Positions 1 to 10,522 of a stretch of 64,000 nucleotides of DNA are shown in pieces. The stretch is from an uncultured Gammaproteobacteria bacterium (GTDB taxonomy: Bacteria > Patescibacteriota > Patescibacteriia > Patescibacteriales > BS150m-G62), in NCBI GenBank assembly GCA_964569045.1, contig CAZMSR010000003.1, positions 23,492 to 87,491 on the forward strand. Reading direction: 5' to 3'. The position numbers were made by a program, and so were the translations under genes. Every line of letters starts with the position of its first letter. Position 1 is the first letter of the stretch. Below the pieces are notes generated by a model that had not been told where the DNA came from, ran no database searches, and saw only the letters and a list, made by a program, of their open reading frames with translations.

Positions 1-1703
1 AAATTTTTACAACAAGACCGGATACATTATTTGGTGCAACTTTTATGGTTGTATGTCCTGAGCATAGATTGATTAGTAAAAATAAATTAAAAATTAAGAA
101 TTACAATGAAGTTCTTGATTATATAAATAGTGCTAAAAATAAAAGTGATATTGATAGGACAGATTTAAATAAAGAAAAAACCGGGGTTATTATAGACGGA
201 GTGACGGCTATTAATCCTGTGAATAAAAAAAGAATTCCAGTTTTTATAGCAGATTATGTTTTGCCCGGTTATGGAACAGGAGCAATAATGGCTGTGCCTG
301 GGCATGATGAGCGAGATTTTGAATTTGCTAAAAAGTATAAGATAGATATTAAAGAAGTTGTAAGTTCAAGTGGTCGAAAGAGTGCTAAATTGTTAAATGC
401 TTATACAGAAGAAGGAATCTCCATTAATTCTGAGTTACTTAACGGATTAAAAACAAAAGATGCAAAAAATAAAATTATTGAATGTTTAGAAAAGAAAAAG
501 GTGGGAAGTAAAAAGATTAATTATAAGTTACGTGATTGGTGTGTTTCACGTCAACGTTATTGGGGGCCACCGATTCCAATGATAAAGTGCGAGTCTTGTG
601 GTTGGCTACCTGTTTTAAAGGAAAAATTGCCAATTATATTACCTGAGATGGATGATTTTTTGCCAGATGGAACAGGAAAAGGACCTTTAAATAAGATTGA
701 TGATTTTGTTTATGTTGATTGTTTTAAATGTGGTAGCAAAGCTTGTCGTGAAACTGATGTTTCTGACCCTTTTGTTGACTCTAGTTGGTATTTTTTAAGG
801 TATTTATCAGTAGAGTTTAATCGAAAGGCGCTTGATAAAGAAAGGTTGGAGCAATGGATGCCTGTCGATATGTATATTGGAGGAAAAGAACATTCAGTTT
901 TGCATTTACTTTATTCTAGATTTGTGACAATGGTTATGCATGATTTAGGTTATATAAAAAATGATGAGCCATTTGGGCAATTTAGGGCTCATGGTTTAGT
1001 AGTAAAAAACGGTGCTAAAATGAGTAAGTCAAAAGGCAATGTTGTTAATCCTGATGAGTATATAAATAAATTCGGTGCAGATACAGTTAGGATGTACTTA
1101 ATGTTTATGGGTGATATGCGACAAGGTGGAGATTGGAGAGATTTAGGTGTGTCTGGAATGCATCGTTTTTTAAAACGTGTTTATGCCTTACTTGATAAAA
1201 TAGCTCCATTAGACCAGCTTGCCGATAGAGGAGAAGACGATGATTTTAAGCGATTACTGCACAAGACAATAAAAGGAGTGAAGATTGATATGGAAAATTT
1301 AAAATATAATACAGCAATATCAAAATTAATGGTACTTGTTAATGCAATGTCAAAAACTGGATGCACTCGTGGTGAAATGGGGGATTTAGCAGTGATGCTT
1401 GCTTCATTTACCCCTCATCTATCTGAAGAAGTGTGGGGAAAATTAAAATTGGTAAAGGGTAGTATATTTGAGCAGGTATGGCCAGAATATGATGAGGCCT
1501 TAACTCAAGAAAAAATAATTGAGCTTGTTATTCAGGTGAATGGAAAAAACAGAGCAAAGCAAGAAGTTTTGCCAGATATTATGGAGCACGAGGCTAAAAA
1601 AATTGCTTTGGAGAATTCAAAAATTAAAGAATTGATTGGTGAAAAAAAAGTTTTGAAGATAATTTTTGTGCCTGGAAAATTAGTTAATATTGTTGTTAAA
1701 TAA
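1..1703 (+). CDS. leuS: Leucine--tRNA ligase, 5'-truncated by window edge
   Basis: Open frame from nt 3 (IFTTRPDTLFG); editing-domain GTGAIMAVPGHDERD, DWCVSRQRYWG, KMSKS, C-terminal QVNGK. Confidence 0.97.
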   Translation, partial: IFTTRPDTLFGATFMVVCPEHRLISKNKLKIKNYNEVLDYINSAKNKSDIDRTDLNKEKTGVIIDGVTAINPVNKKRIPVFIADYVLPGYGTGAIMAVPGHDERDFEFAKKYKIDIKEVVSSSGRKSAKLLNAYTEEGISINSELLNGLKTKDAKNKIIECLEKKKVGSKKINYKLRDWCVSRQRYWGPPIPMIKCESCGWLPVLKEKLPIILPEMDDFLPDGTGKGPLNKIDDFVYVDCFKCGSKACRETDVSDPFVDSSWYFLRYLSVEFNRKALDKERLEQWMPVDMYIGGKEHSVLHLLYSRFVTMVMHDLGYIKNDEPFGQFRAHGLVVKNGAKMSKSKGNVVNPDEYINKFGADTVRMYLMFMGDMRQGGDWRDLGVSGMHRFLKRVYALLDKIAPLDQLADRGEDDDFKRLLHKTIKGVKIDMENLKYNTAISKLMVLVNAMSKTGCTRGEMGDLAVMLASFTPHLSEEVWGKLKLVKGSIFEQVWPEYDEALTQEKIIELVIQVNGKNRAKQEVLPDIMEHEAKKIALENSKIKELIGEKKVLKIIFVPGKLVNIVVK

Positions 1704-1756
1704 TAGTATTAAATAATTTAGTGGTATGGTCCGTTATTGGGCCATTTTGGTTAAAT

Positions 1757-2326
1757 ATGGAGAATATTTTTTGTTTAGAGTATTTAGATAGAAGAGTTGA
1801 ATATGAATTAAGAAAAAGTAGCAAAGCTAGAAATATTAGAATTTCTATTGAGGGTTCCGGGTTGGTTAGTGTTACTTTACCCAAAATATTACCAGATATT
1901 TTTGCACATAGGTTTATAAAAGAAAAGGCTGACTGGATTTTAAAAAAAATTAATGAACTTGATTTAGAAAATAGATTTGTTTTGCCAAAAATAACAAGAA
2001 ATGAATATAAAAAATATAGATTACAAGCACATGAACTAGTATTAGGTAAAATAGAAAAATATAATAAATACTATAATTTTTTTTATAATAATATTTCTAT
2101 AAAAGATCAAAAAACTCGTTGGGGAAGTTGCTCTTCTAATAGAAATTTAAATTTTAATTATAAATTGTTGTTTTTAAAAGATTATTTAGTTGATTATGTG
2201 GTAGTGCATGAACTTTGTCACTTAAAAGAAATGAATCATTCTAAAGATTTTTGGAATTTAGTTAGTGAGTGCATTGGTGAGTATAAGAAGATTAGAAAAG
2301 AGTTAAAGGAGGTTAGAATTGAATAG
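1757..2326 (+). CDS. M48/YgjP (DUF45) family zinc metallopeptidase-like protein
   Basis: KTRWGSCS and VVHELCHL..NHS..FW motifs; ATG at 1757 preferred over GTG at 1721. Confidence 0.85.
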   Translation: MENIFCLEYLDRRVEYELRKSSKARNIRISIEGSGLVSVTLPKILPDIFAHRFIKEKADWILKKINELDLENRFVLPKITRNEYKKYRLQAHELVLGKIEKYNKYYNFFYNNISIKDQKTRWGSCSSNRNLNFNYKLLFLKDYLVDYVVVHELCHLKEMNHSKDFWNLVSECIGEYKKIRKELKEVRIE

Positions 2327-2411
2327 TTTTTGTTATAGAAAGTATTAACTGTAGAAGATGAAGTATACTGGATAAAGTGATATTGCGTTCAAGTGAGTAT
2401 GAGATTGTCTG

Positions 2412-2493
2412 TGCCGATGGTGGGAGTCGAACCCACATGTCTTGCGACACGCGATTTTGAATCGCGCGTGTATACCAATTCCACCACATCGGC
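2412..2493 (-). tRNA. tRNA-Leu(CAA)
   Basis: GCCGATG acceptor stem, D-loop GGAATTGGTA, anticodon arm CGCGA-TTCAAAA-TCGCG, long variable arm, GGTTCGACTCC T-arm; CCA not encoded. Confidence 0.95.
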
Positions 2494-2674
2494 TATTTTG
2501 CTGATTATAATTATATTATAATAAAAATGTATTAGATGTCAAAGTTGAAGGAGGGGAGTGTAAATGATATAATGTGTACAAAATATTAAAATAAAAAAAT
2601 TATTCAAAGAGCTTAATTGTTTAACTAATATAAGTGTACACTTAATTAATTTTAACAATTATTATTTTTTATAT

Positions 2675-5281
2675 ATGCCTATATTAAAGTCTTCTAGTAG
2701 AAGGGCTGCAAATAAACCAGCCTCCAGAAGAATAAATGCTTCATCATTTAAACAAGCAAGGGCTGGAGCAAGATTGAGAATGTCAGTAAAATCTAACTCT
2801 GCAAAAGGATTTAATGGAGTGTTGGATAAGTTGATATTTGGTTTAATATTGTTAAACGTTATTTTAACTCCTATTTTTATAACTGGGATTGTAACTCAAG
2901 GTTTGGGTTTTGAGAAAATGATACTTTTTTCAACTTTAACTATGATTGGAGTATTATTATGGATTATTAAAGGTTTTTTAAGTGGAAGTATGAAATTGAA
3001 ATGTACGCCACTGGATTGGTTTTTGGCAATATTCATGTTTTTTGTTTTTATCGCATCTATTTTTTCTGTTAGTGTAAAGGATAGTATTATTGGTCCTTAT
3101 GGATCTTTGTCAAAAGGCTTTGGCGCTCTTTTAGTCTATGTATTATTTTATTATTTAGTTGTAAATAATATTACGAAGGATAGAATGAAAGTGTTATTTT
3201 GGTCTTTGATTTCTTCTTTTGGGTTACTTTTATTCTATGCGTTGTTACAAATATTTGGAATTTTTTTGTTGCCATTTAATTTTACTCAATTAAATAGTTT
3301 TAATCCGGTTGGGTCTTTTTCAGCTTTAACTATGCTTTGCGGGGTTCTTTTGCCACTTATTGTAATTGTGATATCTAAAACTGATACTTTATTATCTAGT
3401 GGTAGTTTTTTAAAAGCCATAGTTGTAAGAGTTGGTTTTGGTTTGTTTTTACTGGTTGACTTGTTGCTTTTATTTATTTTGGATGGGTTTGCTTATTGGC
3501 CACTTATTATTATTTCAATGGTTGCGGTAATTGTTTTGTCATTTGTTAGAATTATTAGTATTGAAAAAAAGTATCTTGGGCTGCCTGTTGTAATTTTAAC
3601 ATGCGTTGTATTAATGAGTTCTTTTAATATTTATGTTGATAAACATAATCAAAAAATGGTTGAAAAATACAGTAATAATACGCAAGAATTACAAAAAAAT
3701 GTTAAAAAAAGATTGGATTTTGCTTCAGTATTTAATATTGATCAATTGCCAGCAGAAGTGAGTTTGAGTCGATCCGCATCTTGGCAGATAGCAAAAGAGA
3801 GTACTTTTGAAAATCCCATAATTGGATCTGGACCAGCTACTTATTATTATGCTTTTAATAAATACAAAGGAACAGATTTTAATCAGACAAATTTATGGAA
3901 TATTGAATTTGATAATGCTACAAGTTTGTATTTAGAGTTGTTCTCTACATTAGGAGTGCTTGGATTTTTATCCTTTGTTTTGTTGACTATATTTGCTGTT
4001 GTTTCTTTAGTGAAAAAAATACTTAAAGAAGAAGAGGCGTCTTTAAAAGTGATTTTAGTAGGGTTGACAATGAGTGTTATTATGATAATTCTCTATGCAT
4101 TATTATTTGGTTTTAATTCAATTTTAATTTTATTGTCAGTTTTAATTTCTGTTTTGTCTTGTGCATATGTTTATTGCACAAGTGATAATGATGTTGAGGT
4201 TAGCTTATTGTTTAATAAGTCGTCTAAGGTAAGTTCAAAAATCTTGGCCGGTGTTTTAGTTTTTGTTGGAATAATTTCATTTATTGTGTTGGTGAAAGGA
4301 GTTAAAATATATGTAGCAGATTGCTATGCAAAGAAATCCATGGCATCTTCCGATCTTGAGGAAAGAGTTCAGTTACTTGAAAAAGCTGCAAAATTAGCTC
4401 CATTTCAAGACAGTTATTATGTTGCTTTATCTAATTATTATGTTTCGTTAGCCAATCAAAGTGCATCAAGTGGTGACAAGAATAAAGCTAGTGCTTATTT
4501 AGAGAAAAGTATTGAATTAGGGAAAATGGCAGTTAAGTTAGCGCCAAATAAATCTAGTAATCATGAATCTTTAGCTCTTTTATATGAAAATGCATTTTAT
4601 TATGACCAAGGTGCTTTAGAATATGCTGAAAAAAGTTATCAAATAGTTATAGAACTGGAGCCAGATAGTCCAACACCTTATTTAAGATTAGGTTTAATAA
4701 ATATGACAAAAGCAAGAATGGAAAGTGCGGTAGATGAAAAGAAGTATTATGTAAATAAAGCAATAAAAATGTATGATGAGTCTATTAAAAGAAAATCTAA
4801 TTTGGCTTCTTCTCATTATGGCAAATCAATTGCTTATGAAACACTCGGTGATTTAAATATTGCTATACAAAGTTTAACTAATGCTACTATTCTTAACCAA
4901 AATGTAGGATTTATATTTGAGCTTGGTCGGTTGTATTTTAATAGAGGTGTGTTAGTGCCGGCATTAGTGCAAGGAAAAGATGCTGTTGAAGATTTAGTTG
5001 GTAAGGAAAATGGTGTTAATATGGAGCTTAGTGTTAAGCAAGTTCAGGTTGCAGAAGGTGTAATGAAAAAAAATTCAGATTTAGCATCAGCAGAGCAATT
5101 ATTTTTAAGTATACTGTTAAATAATCAAAATCATGCAAATGCAAGATATTCATTAGCTTTGTTGTATAATAAAGTTGGTGATACAGAAAAAGCAAGTATA
5201 ATGGTTAAATCACTTCTTAAAATTATAAAAGACGAAAATCAAAAAGAAGCAATCCGTAAACAGTTTCCTGGATTATATTAA
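2675..5281 (+). CDS. Multi-pass membrane protein, O-antigen-ligase-like domain plus C-terminal TPR repeats
   Basis: Many hydrophobic helices, W..A......PIIGSGP motif, Ala/Tyr-rich TPR-like helical repeats in the C-terminal third. Confidence 0.7.
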   Translation: MPILKSSSRRAANKPASRRINASSFKQARAGARLRMSVKSNSAKGFNGVLDKLIFGLILLNVILTPIFITGIVTQGLGFEKMILFSTLTMIGVLLWIIKGFLSGSMKLKCTPLDWFLAIFMFFVFIASIFSVSVKDSIIGPYGSLSKGFGALLVYVLFYYLVVNNITKDRMKVLFWSLISSFGLLLFYALLQIFGIFLLPFNFTQLNSFNPVGSFSALTMLCGVLLPLIVIVISKTDTLLSSGSFLKAIVVRVGFGLFLLVDLLLLFILDGFAYWPLIIISMVAVIVLSFVRIISIEKKYLGLPVVILTCVVLMSSFNIYVDKHNQKMVEKYSNNTQELQKNVKKRLDFASVFNIDQLPAEVSLSRSASWQIAKESTFENPIIGSGPATYYYAFNKYKGTDFNQTNLWNIEFDNATSLYLELFSTLGVLGFLSFVLLTIFAVVSLVKKILKEEEASLKVILVGLTMSVIMIILYALLFGFNSILILLSVLISVLSCAYVYCTSDNDVEVSLLFNKSSKVSSKILAGVLVFVGIISFIVLVKGVKIYVADCYAKKSMASSDLEERVQLLEKAAKLAPFQDSYYVALSNYYVSLANQSASSGDKNKASAYLEKSIELGKMAVKLAPNKSSNHESLALLYENAFYYDQGALEYAEKSYQIVIELEPDSPTPYLRLGLINMTKARMESAVDEKKYYVNKAIKMYDESIKRKSNLASSHYGKSIAYETLGDLNIAIQSLTNATILNQNVGFIFELGRLYFNRGVLVPALVQGKDAVEDLVGKENGVNMELSVKQVQVAEGVMKKNSDLASAEQLFLSILLNNQNHANARYSLALLYNKVGDTEKASIMVKSLLKIIKDENQKEAIRKQFPGLY

Positions 5282-5343
5282 TTTTGTTGGTTTATTTACA
5301 AAGTCTTTAGGGTGCTGTATGCTCTAAAGGCTTTTATTTTATT

Positions 5344-6441
5344 ATGTTAAAAAAAAAGAAAATTATTATTGCAATGTCCGGTGGAGTTGATTCATCAGTA
5401 GCAGCTAAGTTGTTAGTGGATGATGGGTATGATGTCTTAGGTATTTTTTTGTCTTTTTGGAAAGACGCTAAAGCTATGAATGTTGAAAATAAATGTTGCT
5501 CAGCAAAAGCTTTAACAGATGCTAGAGCAGTTTGTACGCAGATTGGTATAAAGTTATATGTTCTTGATTTTTCTGAAGTTTTTAAAAAGGAGATTGTAGA
5601 TAATTTTTTGTCCGAATATGATATTGGCAACACTCCTAATCCATGTGTTAGATGTAATAAATTTGTTAAATTAGGCTTATTAATTAAAAAAGCTAAAACG
5701 TTAGGTTATGATAAAGTTGCAACAGGACATTATGCTAGAGTAATAAAAGAAAGGGTATTTTTAGAGAATAAAAAAAAGACTAAGTATAAGTTATTAAAAG
5801 GTGTTGATGAAAAAAAAGACCAATCATATTATTTGTATAAGTTTGGTCAAAAAGAGTTGTCGCATTTAGTTTTCCCATTAGGAGGATTTACAAAACAGGA
5901 AGTGAGGCGAATGGCCTTGAAATATAATTTGCCAGTAGCTACAAAAACTGAAAGCCAGGAAATTTGTTTTGTTCCTGATGATCATAATACATTTTTAAAA
6001 AATTATTTAAAGCTTGTGCCGGGTCAAATCAAAGATTTAAGTGAGAAGGTTCTTGGAGCTCATCAAGGATTACCTCTATATACTATTGGACAAAGAAAAG
6101 GAATTGAAATTGGCGGAGTTGGCCCTTTTTATGTTGTTCGAAAAGATGCAGTTCAAAATGTTTTATTTGTTACAAATAATCCACTTGATTCAGAATTATT
6201 TAAAAAAAATGTAGTTGTGTGTGATTTGAATTGGATTAAATATGGTTGTGATTCTTTTGTATTATGTGAAGCAGTAATTCGTTATGGTGCTAAGCCTGTG
6301 GTATGCAAAGTTAGTAATATTAAAAAAGAATTAAATAAATGTTTTGTGAGTTTTAGTAAACCTCAAAGAGCGATTACTTCTGGGCAGAGTATTGTTTTTT
6401 ATGAAAAAGATGAGCTTTTAGGAGGAGGAATTATCGAGTAG
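5344..6441 (+). CDS. mnmA: tRNA 2-thiouridylase MnmA
   Basis: AMSGGVDSS, TPNPCVRCN, ATGHYA, KDQSY, ESQEICF, TIGQRKG. Confidence 0.97.
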   Translation: MLKKKKIIIAMSGGVDSSVAAKLLVDDGYDVLGIFLSFWKDAKAMNVENKCCSAKALTDARAVCTQIGIKLYVLDFSEVFKKEIVDNFLSEYDIGNTPNPCVRCNKFVKLGLLIKKAKTLGYDKVATGHYARVIKERVFLENKKKTKYKLLKGVDEKKDQSYYLYKFGQKELSHLVFPLGGFTKQEVRRMALKYNLPVATKTESQEICFVPDDHNTFLKNYLKLVPGQIKDLSEKVLGAHQGLPLYTIGQRKGIEIGGVGPFYVVRKDAVQNVLFVTNNPLDSELFKKNVVVCDLNWIKYGCDSFVLCEAVIRYGAKPVVCKVSNIKKELNKCFVSFSKPQRAITSGQSIVFYEKDELLGGGIIE

Positions 6442-6457
6442 ATATTTAATAATTTGT

Positions 6458-6826
6458 TTATCTGGTGTTAAGTATTTGCATAATTTCAGTTGGGAGTTCA
6501 TTTGAATTTATATTTTTTACATCAAGGTTATTAACCATATTTTGAAGCGCATTTTGCAAGATATCATTACTACCAGTTACTCCGCCGCCAATGCCAAACA
6601 AATTTTTATAATCTTCTAGTAAATTACTAATAATTGGTGGTAAATATAATATACCTAAAATAATTGGCACAATAATAATAATTAATTTAATTATACCCAT
6701 TACTTCAGATATTATTGTAAATCTTCTAATTTTTTTGGTAGTTTCATTTATCTCTTCTGTTAATTCGTGGATGTGTTTGGTTAATTTAGCGTTTTGACGT
6801 ATTATTTTTTTTATATCTTCGTCCAT
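6458..6826 (-). CDS. Hypothetical membrane protein
   Basis: 122-aa ORF with an N-terminal coiled-coil-like segment and one TM helix; last gene of the nrd run. Confidence 0.65.
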   Translation of the reverse strand: MDEDIKKIIRQNAKLTKHIHELTEEINETTKKIRRFTIISEVMGIIKLIIIIVPIILGILYLPPIISNLLEDYKNLFGIGGGVTGSNDILQNALQNMVNNLDVKNINSNELPTEIMQILNTR

Positions 6827-6838
6827 TGTTTTTTTAAA

Positions 6839-7555
6839 TTATCTTAATATGCAATTTTTTACATATAAATTACCAATTTTTATTAAATCTTGCAGTTTTT
6901 TTTCACTAAATTGTTTTTCATTTTTAAATTTTAAATTTATTAATTCAGTGTTATTTTTAAAATTTTGAATATACCATAATTTTGCACCTTTAATTAGTTT
7001 CCCCATTTCATGAAAATCATCTATGGTGTGCGCTTTTGGTAAAGTGGTAGTTCTGAATTCATATGGAATTTGTCCCTTTAATAATATTGTAATGCTTTTT
7101 TTGATTTCGTTCAAATTGTTTATTGAGTTAGTTGTGCAAGAGTATTTGCTAAGCGGTGCTTTAATATCCATTGCAATATAATCAATAAGATTTCTATTTA
7201 TTAGTTTATTGATCATAGTCGAATTGCTGCCATTTGAGTCAAGTTTTATTTTGAATCCAATTTGCTTTATTTTTTTTATAAAGCTTGGTAAGTCATTGTG
7301 GATTGTTGGCTCACCGCCTGATATTACAATTGCATCTATTTTTTTGGCCCTATTTTTAAGAAATTCAAAAAGATCACCCTCACTGATACTTTGAGGATGA
7401 TCTTTATTATTTGCCTTACCAAGAGTATTTGGCACGACAAGCATTGGATTGTAACAATGGTGGCATCTGAAATTGCATCCTTGTGTGAAAATAATAGCTG
7501 CAAGTTCTCCCGGGTAATCAATTAAAGTTAATTTATCAATTCCGCCAATAATCAT
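6839..7555 (-). CDS. nrdG: Anaerobic ribonucleotide reductase activating radical SAM protein
   Basis: DYPG...FTQGCNFRCHHCYN (CxxxCxxC), SGGEPT, EFRTT; next to nrdD. Confidence 0.93.
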   Translation of the reverse strand: MIIGGIDKLTLIDYPGELAAIIFTQGCNFRCHHCYNPMLVVPNTLGKANNKDHPQSISEGDLFEFLKNRAKKIDAIVISGGEPTIHNDLPSFIKKIKQIGFKIKLDSNGSNSTMINKLINRNLIDYIAMDIKAPLSKYSCTTNSINNLNEIKKSITILLKGQIPYEFRTTTLPKAHTIDDFHEMGKLIKGAKLWYIQNFKNNTELINLKFKNEKQFSEKKLQDLIKIGNLYVKNCILR

Positions 7556-7578
7556 AAAATTGATTTATTAGATAATAT

Positions 7579-7722
7579 TTAATCTCCAATTTGTTTGTCA
7601 TAGGTGCTTCTATCTTCAAATTCACTTTGTTTTCCTTTATTCCAGCATCTAGTTCCGGTATACCAGCCGCATACTCTTGAATAAACAGTGCATTCTTGAC
7701 GTTTTATTTTGATTGGTGACAT
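7579..7722 (-). CDS. Stand-alone glycyl-radical domain of class III RNR, 47 aa (not in ORF track)
   Basis: Manual translation MSPIKIKRQECTVYSRVCGWYTGTRCWNKGKQSEFEDRSTYDKQIGD; SD AAGGAGGA upstream; matches NrdD C-terminal YSRxxG[YW]...WNxGKxxEFxxR pattern. Confidence 0.88.
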   Translation of the reverse strand: MSPIKIKRQECTVYSRVCGWYTGTRCWNKGKQSEFEDRSTYDKQIGD

Positions 7723-7789
7723 TATTTCCTCCTTCTAGATATAGCTTTTATGAGCAAATTTGCTTTAAAAGATATGTCTAGTTATTTAT

Positions 7790-9841
7790 TTAATTAAAAT
7801 TATTAATTGATTGATTTGTATTTTCTGTATACCCGATTTCAATATCGCATTTTGGGCAATATTTATGTTCTCCGGCTAAGTATCCATGCTTAGGGCAGAT
7901 GCTGAATGTTGGTGTTATTGTGTAATATGGTAATCTGTAATTGTATGCGATTTTTTTTACTAGTTTTTTGCATGCGTCAGCATTAGTAACTCTTTCTCCA
8001 ATAAATCCATGTAATACAGTGCCGCCTGTGTATTTTGTTTGTAAATCATCCTGTAATTCAAGAGCGCTAAAAATATCATCTGTGTATCCAACTGGTAGAT
8101 GTGTGGAATTTGTGTAGTAGGGCGGTACTTGTTCTGTGTTTACTTTTTTTTCGTTTGCAACAACAATATCAGAAAAAAGTTCCTTGTCTTTTTTTGCAAA
8201 TCTGTATGTAGCGCCTTCTGCCGGCGAGGCCTCAAGATTGTATAAATTATCTGTATCGTTTTGAAAATCCATTAATTTTTCTCGCATAAATTCTAGTACT
8301 TTTGTTGCAAATTTTTTTCCTTCTTCTGTTGAAATATTTTTATCAATAAGATTAATTGCTCCTTCATTAACTCCGTTAATTCCAATTGTATTAAAATGAT
8401 TTTTCCAGTATGATCCAAATCTTTTTTTTATGTCAACTAAATAGTGTCTGGAGTAGGGATACAAACCTTCTTCTGTGTATCTTTCTATTACTTTTCTTTT
8501 TATTTCAAGGCTATCTTTGGCTGTTTTCATCAATAATTCGAGTTTTTCTAAGTATTCTTCTTGATTTTTAGATATGTAGCCTAATCTTGCCCCATTAATT
8601 GTTACAACACCTAGCGAACCGGTTAGTGGGTTTGCACCAAAAAGCCCACCGCCTCTTTTTTTTAATTCTCTGTTGTCTAATCTTAATCTGCAGCACATAC
8701 TTCTTGCATCATCTCTATCCATATCTGAATTAATAAAATTGGAAAAATAAGGAATCCCATATTTTGCTGTCATTTCCCATGCTGGCTTAAGAGCAGGTGA
8801 GTCCCAGTCAAAATTTTTATCAATATTATATGTTGGTATAGGAAAGGCAAAAATTCTTCCGGTTGAATCACCCTCTATCATCACTTCTGCTAAGCATTTA
8901 TTAAATAAATTCATTTCGTTTTGAAAATCTTTGTATTTCTCTGATTTTATTTCACCACCAATTATTATATTTTCTTCTCCGGTTTGTTTTGACGGTGTAA
9001 CATCAAGAGTTATATTAGTAAACGGTGTTTGAAATCCAACTCTTGTAGGTACGTTCATATTAAAAAGAAATTCTTGAAGAGCTTGCTTTACCTCTGTTTC
9101 ATTTAGATTGTCATACTGAATAAACGGTGCCAGGTATGTGTCAAAGTTTGAAAATGCTTGAGCGCCGGCTGCTTCGCCTTGCATTGTGTATAGAAAATTT
9201 ACAATTTGACCTAGTGCACTTCTAAAATGCTTTGGGGCTTTACTTTGTACTTTTTCTTTAACCCCACCAAATCCTTTGGTTAATAAATCTCGTAAATCCC
9301 ATCCGCAACAATATGGTGCTAATAAGCCAAGATCATGAATATGAAAATCACCGCAAATGTGAGAGTTCCTGATATTTTCCGGATAAAGCTTGTTAAGCCA
9401 GTATCGAGCTGAAATTGATGAGGCAACATAATTATTTAATCCTTGAACTGAAAAATTCATGTTTGAATTTTCCTGCAATCTCCAATCATTTTTGCCTAGA
9501 TAGTCCTGCATTAATTTTTCTTCTGTGCTTTGCAAATCACGTAGTTGTCTGTGTTGATCTCTGTAAAGAATATATGCTTTGGCTATTTTAATGGCTTTGT
9601 TTGAGATTAATACTTCTTCGACTATATCTTGAATTTCTTCAACTGCTGGAATTGAACGAGTATGAAATTTTAAATTTATTGCTTTTATTGCTTTATTACT
9701 AAGTTCTTTGGCTAATTTTTCGTTTGGTTTACCGGTGGCTTCGGCAGCTTTTTGAATAGCATTAGTAATTTTATCTTGATTAAAGTCAGCAATTTCATCA
9801 GAGCGTTTTCTTATTTTAGTAATTGTTTTTATTGTTGACAT
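7790..9841 (-). CDS. nrdD: Class III (anaerobic) ribonucleoside-triphosphate reductase large subunit, lacking the glycyl-radical tail
   Basis: N-terminal ATP cone, HIHDL, GAQA, RSMCCRL finger loop, YTNSTH, YTGGT, C-terminal CPKH...CPKC zinc site. Confidence 0.93.
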   Translation of the reverse strand: MSTIKTITKIRKRSDEIADFNQDKITNAIQKAAEATGKPNEKLAKELSNKAIKAINLKFHTRSIPAVEEIQDIVEEVLISNKAIKIAKAYILYRDQHRQLRDLQSTEEKLMQDYLGKNDWRLQENSNMNFSVQGLNNYVASSISARYWLNKLYPENIRNSHICGDFHIHDLGLLAPYCCGWDLRDLLTKGFGGVKEKVQSKAPKHFRSALGQIVNFLYTMQGEAAGAQAFSNFDTYLAPFIQYDNLNETEVKQALQEFLFNMNVPTRVGFQTPFTNITLDVTPSKQTGEENIIIGGEIKSEKYKDFQNEMNLFNKCLAEVMIEGDSTGRIFAFPIPTYNIDKNFDWDSPALKPAWEMTAKYGIPYFSNFINSDMDRDDARSMCCRLRLDNRELKKRGGGLFGANPLTGSLGVVTINGARLGYISKNQEEYLEKLELLMKTAKDSLEIKRKVIERYTEEGLYPYSRHYLVDIKKRFGSYWKNHFNTIGINGVNEGAINLIDKNISTEEGKKFATKVLEFMREKLMDFQNDTDNLYNLEASPAEGATYRFAKKDKELFSDIVVANEKKVNTEQVPPYYTNSTHLPVGYTDDIFSALELQDDLQTKYTGGTVLHGFIGERVTNADACKKLVKKIAYNYRLPYYTITPTFSICPKHGYLAGEHKYCPKCDIEIGYTENTNQSINNFN

Positions 9842-9866
9842 TGATTGTTAATCTCAAAATATAAAT

Positions 9867-10346
9867 CTAAGTTTTTTTAGTAGGTGTATTTTTTTTGTTT
9901 TTTATTAGTTTGTCTAATTCTTGGGCAAATTCTTCTATGTCTTCAAATGATTGATAAACTGAAGCAAACCTAATGTATGCAACTTTATCAATTTTTTTTA
10001 GCTGGTTCATTATTATTTTTCCAATTTTTTCAGTTGAAACTTCATTTTTATTATTTGCTTGAATATCACGCTCTATTGAATTGATTAATTTTTTAAAATT
10101 ATTTTCTGTTATTGGTCGTTTTTCAAGAGCTTTTTTAAGACCTTTGATTAATTTGTCTCGTGAATAAGGCTCTTTTTTATTATTACTTTTTAATATTGTT
10201 AGATCTAAAATTTCCATTTCTTCGTAGGTCGAGTATCTAAAATTACATTTTAAACATTCTCTTCTTCTTCGAATAGAAAATCCATCACCTGCTGCGCGTG
10301 AATCCACTACTTTTGTGTCATTGTGATGACAAATTGGACAATTCAT
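9867..10346 (-). CDS. nrdR: Transcriptional repressor NrdR
   Basis: CPIC...DSR...RRRRECLKC zinc ribbon, ATP cone, AYIRFASVY. Confidence 0.97.
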   Translation of the reverse strand: MNCPICHHNDTKVVDSRAAGDGFSIRRRRECLKCNFRYSTYEEMEILDLTILKSNNKKEPYSRDKLIKGLKKALEKRPITENNFKKLINSIERDIQANNKNEVSTEKIGKIIMNQLKKIDKVAYIRFASVYQSFEDIEEFAQELDKLIKNKKNTPTKKT

Positions 10347-10358
10347 GTATATTAGTTA

Positions 10359-10407
10359 GCACTATATCTTGTGTAGTATGAATAAACTTATCTACAACAT
10401 ATTGTGT
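10359..10407. promoter_or_regulatory. Tandem NrdR boxes upstream of nrdR-nrdD-nrdG
   Basis: GCACTATATCTTGTGT (10359-10374) and CTACAACATATTGTGT (10392-10407) fit acaCwAtATaTwGtgt; starts 33 bp apart. Confidence 0.88.
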
Positions 10408-10522
10408 TAATAACTTAATTATATCATTCGTAAATTTAGTGTCAAACAATGAAAAATAATGCCTTATGATAGAGAAAAATAAGAGAAATATTTTGTTTTA
10501 AGTTTGAAAATTTAGTAAAGTT

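Noticed and set aside
7790-9841. Intein or intron in nrdD (also checked nrdA and nrdB)
   Set aside because: Frames are continuous and of normal length; no intein or homing-endonuclease motifs seen
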